A stretch of DNA of 64,000 bases, from NCBI GenBank assembly GCA_025558095.1, contig JAIVFI010000006.1:1-64000 (forward strand), given 5' to 3'. Position 1 is the first letter of the stretch; each line of letters begins with the position of its first letter. The translations under genes were made by a program, and so were the position numbers. The notes beneath the pieces were generated by a model, which was given only the letters and a program-made list of their open reading frames with translations, was not told where the DNA came from and did no database searches. The stretch comes from Hyaloraphidium curvatum SAG 235-1 (Eukaryota; Fungi; Monoblepharomycota). This document shows, in pieces, positions 56,855 to 64,000 of the stretch.

Positions 56855-59120
56855 ATGTCGCAGGCGCCCGTCGTGGTGCTCATCGGCACCGGCGCCGGCG
56901 GCATCTGCGGCGGCGTCAACCTGCGCGCGCGGATGGGGTTCAAGAACTTCGTCATATTGGAGAAGGCTAGCCGCGGCTTCGGCGGGACGTGGAGGCACCA
57001 GCGGTATCCTGGTATCAGCTGCGATATTCCGGCGCAGTGGGTGGCTGCCCGTGTCCGCGTTCGGGCGGTCCTTGACAACTCTTCCCGCACCCTCCTCATT
57101 CGGACCTTTCTTTCGCTCCTGTCCCCGGATCCTCCCTCGTTCGCGCCTTCTGTGCTATGCCTCCACCTTGTTTCTTGCTCTACAGCTACTACAGCTACAG
57201 CTTCGAGCCCAACGCGGAATGGTCTAGCGAGTACCCGCCCGCCGCGGAGATCCAGCCCTATCTCGAGCGGATCAGCCTCAAGTACGGCCTCGACGAGCAC
57301 ACGTCCTTCAACACCGAGATCGACCACGCCCGGTGGAACAACACAGCCGACTGCTGGGACGTCCATTATAATGTGCTCGAGCCAGCAAAGGAGGGTAAGG
57401 AGGCGGGCCACTGGAAGGGCGACCAGGCCGACAAGGCCGGCCGCCGCGTGCTGCGCTCGGGGGTGCTCAAGGCCAACGTCATCATGAACACCTCGGGTCC
57501 CTTCACGCAGCCGTACTGGCCCGACTACCCCGGCCACGAGACCTTCAAGGGCACGCAGATGCACGCGTGCGAGTGGGATCCGGAGGTGCCGCTGCAGGGC
57601 AAGCGCGTGGCCATCGTCGGATCGGGGCCGACGGCGATCCAGATCGTGCCCGAGATCGCGCACCTCGTGGGGCAGCTGGACGTGTACCAGCGGACCCCGA
57701 ACTGGATCCAGCCGTTCAACAACGCGCCGATCCCCGAGGCGGACAAGGCACGGTGGAGGAAGGACCCCGTTGCGCTCAAACAGAAGAGGCTGCAGACCAT
57801 GAACAACGCCGAGTCGACCTGGGTGGCCATCGAGACCCCCGGTTCCACGGGCGCTCTCCGGTACGTTCGCCGACGACTCGGGTCGTCAGGAACCTCATTT
57901 CTCCCTTCCTTCAGGTACCAGAACATGTGCATCGACTACCTGAAGAAGACGGTCAAGAGGCAGGAGCTTTGGCCGTACCTGACCCCGGACTACCGTGGGC
58001 CGTCTCGTATCGTTTCCATGGCCAATCCTAATCTTCGCTCCCCAGCCATCGGCTGCAAGCGCATCTGCGTCGACCCCGGCTACCTCCCCTGCCTGAACCG
58101 CGCCAACGTCGACCTCGTCTGCGACCCGATCGTCCAGATTACCCCCAGGGGCATCGTGACCGAGGGCAAGCAGGCCGGCGGGCGCAAGGAGCGCGAGTAC
58201 GACATCATCGTTTACGCTACGGGTTGGGGCCAGTTCACCTTCGGCCGCGGGTTCCCCGTGTACGGACGCGACGGGAAGGAGGTGTGGGAGCAGTGGAAGG
58301 ACATCGGCATTCCGCGGTCGTTCATGGGACTCGGGTGGGTTCCGCTGGGAGGTCTCTGATGGCTTACATTGACCTCTTGCTGTGCACATCGACAGGATGG
58401 TCAACTTCCCGAACCTGATTATGTCGGTTGGGCCGCAGGGCAACGTGTGGACTTCGTTCATCGAGCGTCGGTGTGGTGCTCGGCTCGGACGGCTCCAGGC
58501 TTACCCGTCCGCTCCGCAGTCGAAGAGCAAGTATCCGACTACATGGTCCGCATGCTCACGTACATGATCAAGAACGACGTTTCGTCCTTCGAACCCAAGC
58601 TCGCCGCCGAGACGGGCTGGGCAGACTTCTGCAGCAAGTACATCCCCAAGACCCCGTACGTCGCCAACTGCGTCTCGTACTACGTGGGTCACGGATGTGG
58701 ACGCTGGTGGGCTCCTGAGTGGCTGATGCCGTCTTTGCGCAGAAATTCTCGTGGGAGCACAAGGACGACGGCGGGAAGCAGGCCGAGACCTACGCTCCCG
58801 GTACCTTCTCCAACCCGGCGTAAGTAACGTGACGATGTCTGTGCCATCCCTCTGACGCCGCCGGCCGCAGATGGTTCCCCGGCACCCCGAAGGAGCTCCG
58901 CATGTCCCGCGAGAGCATCAAGCTCGACGACCTCGAGCTCCGCCCGAACCGGGCCCGCTCCTGGAAGGCGTTCGAAGCCGAGCTGCGCCCCGACCCGCGG
59001 TTCGCGAAGCAGGATAACCCCGAGGCGTCGACGTTCCGGATGTGGGCGACCAAGAGCAGGAGGGGGGCGCCGCCGCCGGGTTTCGAGGGGCTGGAGAACA
59101 GGGTGTGGAGCAAGCTCTAG
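56855..59120 (+). CDS. Baeyer-Villiger/FMO-type flavin monooxygenase (multi-exon)
   Basis: First Rossmann motif GTGAGG, GGTWxxxxYPGxxCD, BVMO fingerprint FKGTQMHACEWD, second Rossmann GSGPTAIQ, VYQRTPNW, GCKR and YATG. Confidence 0.9.
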
Positions 59121-59226
59121 TTGGATGTTCCTCAAATGTCAACGTTCTGGAGTACAATGGATTGGTTTTGGTCTTCCAAGCATGTTTCCAGCAAGCAATG
59201 CAGAACCAACGGCAGAGTCACTTCCC

Positions 59227-59940
59227 TCAGGCGTATGTGGCCAGCGCGGTGAAGGTCATCGTGGGCGTCGCGCCGTTGGCCGCCGAAATGGAAACCGTAG
59301 CTGTCACCGTCACCGAGCTTGTGAACGTGGCCATGGAGTAGAGAACCTGGCCCGCCGGCGGGATCTCGGTCGGGAACGAAGGGGAGCCGAACATGTTGAG
59401 CTTGGTGACAGACACGGTGGCCAACGTCAGCGTGGCGTCTCCTGAGTTGGATACGGTGATGGTCCGGAACAAGCCCGCGGCACCGAGATCGGCAGTGCCG
59501 CCGTCGGTTACGGGGGCGTTCCCGGCAATGACCACCATGGCGGCTCCCTGCGTGGGTCGGCGGTCATCAGCACGAAGCAGGGCTGCCACCGAGGATCGGT
59601 CTACCCACAGAGGGGGCGTAACGGCGGTAGAGGTTCTGGATGCTGGATCTCTTGGATTGGTCGACGCAGGCAACTTGGCCGTCGGGTGCCCCGGGGAATG
59701 CGAACTCGCAGAAATCCTGGACACCGCACTCGACACACGAGCGGCGAAAAACAACGCCGGAGAGTTCTGTTTCCTGTCCATCGACCTCTGCTGCAGCGGG
59801 GAGGGCGCTGGAGGGCGGACGGCCGGCGCGTCAGGGTCCGCCCCAAGGGAGGCGCGGTGCTCTCACTTGGCGAGCGGTGGCGGCCCAAGAAGAAGCAGGG
59901 CGCAGAGCGCAAGAACGACAAATGCGGAGGTACGGACCAT
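59227..59940 (-). CDS. Small secreted protein with C-terminal Ig-like beta-sandwich (ASH/choice-of-anchor-D-like)
   Basis: Signal peptide MVRTSAFVVLALCALLLLG, a Cys-containing middle exon, and RTITVSNSGDATLTL...TEIPPAG matching the Ig-like N-x-G-x-x-x-L motif. Confidence 0.5.
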
Positions 59941-60805
59941 GCTGGGCGCGAGAGGGCAAGGACAAGCGGGTTGCGATCGATGGGCAGGGGCGTCCTCAGT
60001 CCTCGCCTCGATTCCGCAGTTCCGCCCGCCCACGGCCGACGAGCCGCCCGCCTTTGAACCTCGCGCCGCCCTGGGCGTCAATGTCGTCAAAGCAGACTCT
60101 CCAGTCAATAAATCCAGCCCGAGCCGCCTCCCGGACGCCTGCGGCGCCGTCTAATGCGCATGCAGTTTCGTCCCTCGTTTCCCTGGGTGACCCTGGAATC
60201 CTGCTCCCCTCGAATGAAAGAGGCATCCCTCGGCACTTTATGTCGAGCTTACGCCTTACAGCTCATCCCCACGCCCCCGTGGATTCGTAGCCAGAGATTC
60301 TCCGCGCCCCAAGCTGCTGCCAGCACTTCGTTCTGGTTTATACACTGGAACCGCCTCGCCGACCGCTCCCTGACTAGAACCCTGGTTCGGCAGGCAGCCC
60401 TCTCGGCCGACCGACCTTACCTTTTCCGTGCGCGACCATGTCATCGAGGACCAAGGACCAAGGCGGCAAAACGGAAGTCCTTCATCTGGACGAGGAAGGA
60501 AGAGGCGCTGGAACCCAAAGCTCGAGACGATCGTCGAGGCCATGCCACGGCGTTCTCCAATCCCGGCAGAGCCAGAACAATGGTTCGGAATTTCCATACC
60601 GTGGTGACATGACGTGGATCGATCGGCCGGGGCGCGACGAAATTGATTGCGGCTGCACCAACGCGATCGGCCGTTCATCGAGTCCGCCGACGTCGCTTCA
60701 CAAACAATCTGTCCCCGATCACGATACATCGCGATCTAGCTCTTCGACCGCCCTCTAAGCACCCTTGCCCACTCTTCTGTCCTCTTTTCTTGCGCATCGG
60801 CCGGA

Positions 60806-62069
60806 ATGGTCGACGCCAACGGCCTCCCGGCCTCCAACGGCGGCGCCACCGACGCGACCGCGATCCTGCTCCTCGTGTGCCCGGACAGGCAGGGGATCAT
60901 ATTCAAGCTCGCGAGCTTCGTGTCGGGAAACAACGGGTCGGTGGCCTGCCCGGTGCTTCGGGCGATATGGGCGATGTTGACGCGGGGGTGGCGGGGATAG
61001 GAACATCGTTGACAACGACTTTCACAACGACAAGACGGCCGGTGGGTCTCTGCCCGCAGTTTCTCCCGCGTAAGCTGTCCTACCCTCCGCCCCGCTCCAG
61101 GTCTTTTCCTCGGCCGCCTCGAGTTCTCCCTCGCCGGCTTCGCCATCACCTCGCGCGAGCAGATCCGCCACGCCGCGCTGGCCGTCTGCGCGCCGCTGGG
61201 CGGCTCGGCGCAGCTGTTTTTCTCGGACGAGCCGCAGAGGGTGGCCATCTTCTGCTCGAAGCAGGACCACTGCCTGCTCGACCTGTGGGCGACGTGCCGC
61301 GCGCCGTGTCGGTTCGCTGGACCATTGACGGCGGCCCGGGCCCCCCTCCAGGCTTTGGCGGTGGAAGCAACGGGAGCTGGGCCCGTGCGAGGTGTCGCTG
61401 ATCGTCAGCAACCACGAGGACCTGCGGCCGCACGCGGAGCTGTACGGCGTGCCGTTCCGGGTGTTTAAGGTGACCAAGGACACCAAGCGGCAGGTGGAGC
61501 GGGAGGAGCTGGACCTGCTGAAGCAGGAGGGGATCAGCCTGGTGGTGGGTCGACGTTTGGGGCCCAAGGTGCTGTCCTTCTGATCGCGTCCGCTGGCAGA
61601 TCATGGCCAAGTACATGCAGGTCGGCCTCCTCGCCGAATAGCCCCTCGTTCAAGTCTCACGTTCACCATCGTCCCCGCCAGATCCTCTCGGACGAGTTCC
61701 TGACCGAGTACCCCGCCGTTGTCAACATCCACCACTCCTTCCTCCCCGCCTTCATCGGCGCCAAGCCGTACCACCAGGCCCACGCCCGCGGCGTGAAGCT
61801 GATTGGCGCCACGGCGCACTACGCCACCGCAGAGCTGGACGCCGGGCCGATCATCGAGCAGGAGGTTGTGCGGGTGAGTCATAGGGACACGGTGGACGAT
61901 CTGGTGCGCAAGGGGGCCGAGTGCGAGCGGCAGGCGCTGAGCAGGGCAGTCAGGTGGGTGCCCCGTGTGTGGTGGGGGATCAGGCTGCTGATGGGGGACG
62001 GGTGGCAGATGGGTGCTGCTGCACCGGGTGCTCAAGTTCGGGAACAAGACGTGCGTGTTCGGGTCCTAG
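60806..62069 (+). CDS. purU: Formyltetrahydrofolate deformylase (ACT + formyltransferase), multi-exon
   Basis: Motifs CPDRQGII (ACT), [20 protein letters not shown]|[45 protein letters not shown] and NKTCVF. Confidence 0.93.
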
Positions 62070-62785
62070 ACTGGCAGACTGCTGGGTCCGGGCCATCTTC
62101 TGCATTTCCTGGTGTATAGGGCATGGATCGCACATAGAGGGGTGGTCGAGGGCTAATTGGAGGGGCAGTCGAAAGCCGCACCGCACATTGGCCGGGCGGG
62201 GAAGCCTGAACGGCGAACCAATCCCGCCCTAGACAGCCATCACAGGCAAGAGCTCGGCGAGAGGGAAATGTTAATGATGATTTCCAGATACGTCGGTCAC
62301 TAAGCCGCCTCGGTAGCCGATCCCCCCTCAGTTCGGTCACGAGACGGTTCTCGCGACGCCGCAGCAGGAATCGGAGGACCCGAAAGCGCGATCCGTCCCT
62401 CCGGTGTACAGTTCGTGCAGCTCCAGCGCCCCGGAAAAACTCGTCCGGCGAGACCGCGTCCTGCCGGCCGTGTGCACGGCCGTGCGGGAGCTGACGGTTC
62501 TCCCGCCCGGAGCGGCACGGTGGGGCTGAGCAGCGAGGCTGGTTACCACACATCCGACACCGAACACACGCAAGGTGGGCCTCGTGGGCGGGTGCGGACG
62601 CCTGGAGTGTGCTAGGAAGAACCTCCCGAGGCCATGACCGGCTGATCCCGCGGCGGCGGGGGCTGCCGGCCGGCGGGTGGCGTCGTGTGCCCTTTCGCGG
62701 CGTGACTCCATCGAACGATGCCTGACCGCCTTTTCCCCCTTTCGCAGGCGTATTGGCGCTTCTTAAAGCGCTTACTGCGCTGCCA

Positions 62786-64000
62786 ATGATACCCCGTATG
62801 CGGCTTCCGCGGCCGGCGGCCCTCGCCGCCGCCGCCACGCTGCTGCTGCTCCTTTCGGCGCCCGCCCGCGCCTTTCCCGGCGCCTCCCCCGCGGCCCCCG
62901 CCGATGCCATCGACTCGGACTTTCTGAACTTCCACGCCGGCGACGCCGGCGCCTTCCCCCTGTTCCCCCGCCGCGACCTGGCCGACGAGTTTGCCGAGGC
63001 GGAGCCCGACGCCATCGCCGATGTCCAGGCCGACTTCGACCGCGCAGAGAGGGAGTATTTCCAACTCCGCAGGAGGCAGATCGAGGAGACGTGCACTGGA
63101 AAGAACGGTGCCCGAGTGTGCGGGCCGCAGTGCGGCACCTGCCCCGAGGGGTCGTGCTGCCGGGGCACAGACATGACGTGGGTCGCCGGACGTGCTCGTT
63201 TCCCCGAAAGTCGGCTGACATGTCTTTGCCAGCTGCGGCACGGGTCCCGCCTACTGCGCCAACAAGTGCACGCCGCAGTTCTCGATCGGCACCTGCGCGG
63301 CCGGCTCGGTTCTCAACAAGAACTACGACTGGTGGGAGGCCCACGGGCCCGGCGGTTCCTCCGCCGGCCGCATCTTCAACGCCTCGGACGTGCCGTCCGT
63401 CAACGGACCCAACACGTTCCCCGCCGCGGACCCGCTGCCCGGCGCCACCACTACGGCGGCGCAGACGACCACCAAGGCAGCGACCAGGACCACCACCAAG
63501 GAGGTCATCCGCCCCACCCTTTCCATCGGGGCGCGCTGCACCCCCAGCGCCTCCAATCCCTGGGGCCGCTGCGCGTCGTCGTGCTGCCGGAACGGCCGCT
63601 GCGACTACTGCGAGCGGTGCAGCCGCAACTACCTGACCGACTCGCGGGCGTGCAGGAACTGCATCGCCGCCAACCGCACCGTCCACCCGGACGGGTGCTT
63701 GCTCCTCGGGGACACGTGCACGCTGCCCAAGGGGGCGCCCGGGATCAGCAAGCTGTCCAAGTGCAAGACGGGCTGCTGCAGGAGCGGCAAGTGCACATGG
63801 TGGGCCCCCGCCGGCGATCTCTCCCCGCGTCCTTCAATGCTGACGCCATCCCGCGCACAGGTGCGAGCAGTGCATGTACGGCTGCAAGTGCGGCGCGATG
63901 GGCTACCCCCTCAACCCCAACGGGCGCTGCGTGACCCGCACGAGGACCAAGACCCGCACCCGGACGACCACCCGCACCACCACTCGCCCGCCGCCGCCGC
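62786..64000 (+). CDS. Secreted Cys-rich protein with hevein/CBM18-like domain, Thr-rich linkers and further Cys-rich modules (runs off window end)
   Basis: Signal peptide, an acidic pro-region with RR sites, and spliced CGPQCGTCPEGSCCRGTDMT|CGTGPAYCANKCTPQFSIGTC. Further CxSxCC modules follow. Confidence 0.7.

Noticed and set aside
133-62069. Bacterial contamination suggested by mscL, purU, BVMO, GFA and ELIC-like genes
   Set aside because: All carry spliceosomal introns of the same style as neighbouring clearly eukaryotic genes.

Overview
This is a GC-rich eukaryotic genomic window with gene-dense, intron-containing genes. Introns are mostly about 50-65 nt, GT...AG, with GCTGAC/CTAAC-like branch points. 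The gene content includes an Itc1-type WAC-DDT protein without PHD or bromodomain, a PDR ABCG transporter, and a hevein/CBM18-like secreted protein. Together these point to a fungus, plausibly an early-diverging chytrid/monoblepharid-type lineage; this is an inference, not verified. Positions ~1-25.7 kb hold a dynamic, segmentally duplicated cluster of non-RD TKL-type kinases. It contains four cytoplasmic LRR(-ANK)-coiled-coil-kinases whose 84-bp LRR units have hypervariable concave-face residues, one LRR-less kinase cassette in inverted orientation sharing a 570-bp near-identical repeat with copy A, and a single-pass receptor kinase whose paralog lies at 49-51.5 kb. Duplicated alpha/beta-hydrolases, degenerate MYND-finger genes and an orphan family are interspersed. 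The rest of the window holds BTB-SPRY, Itc1, a PDR transporter, a CLC with altered selectivity and gating motifs, GFA, two tandem Cys-less pentameric ligand-gated ion channels with an apparent fifth TM helix and long C-tail, F-box-like, chromo-like, trypsin, BVMO, PurU and a secreted Cys-rich protein. The two most notable systems are the immune-receptor-like LRR-kinase array and the 5-TM Pro-loop receptors. All family assignments come from motif recognition by eye; no database searches were run.
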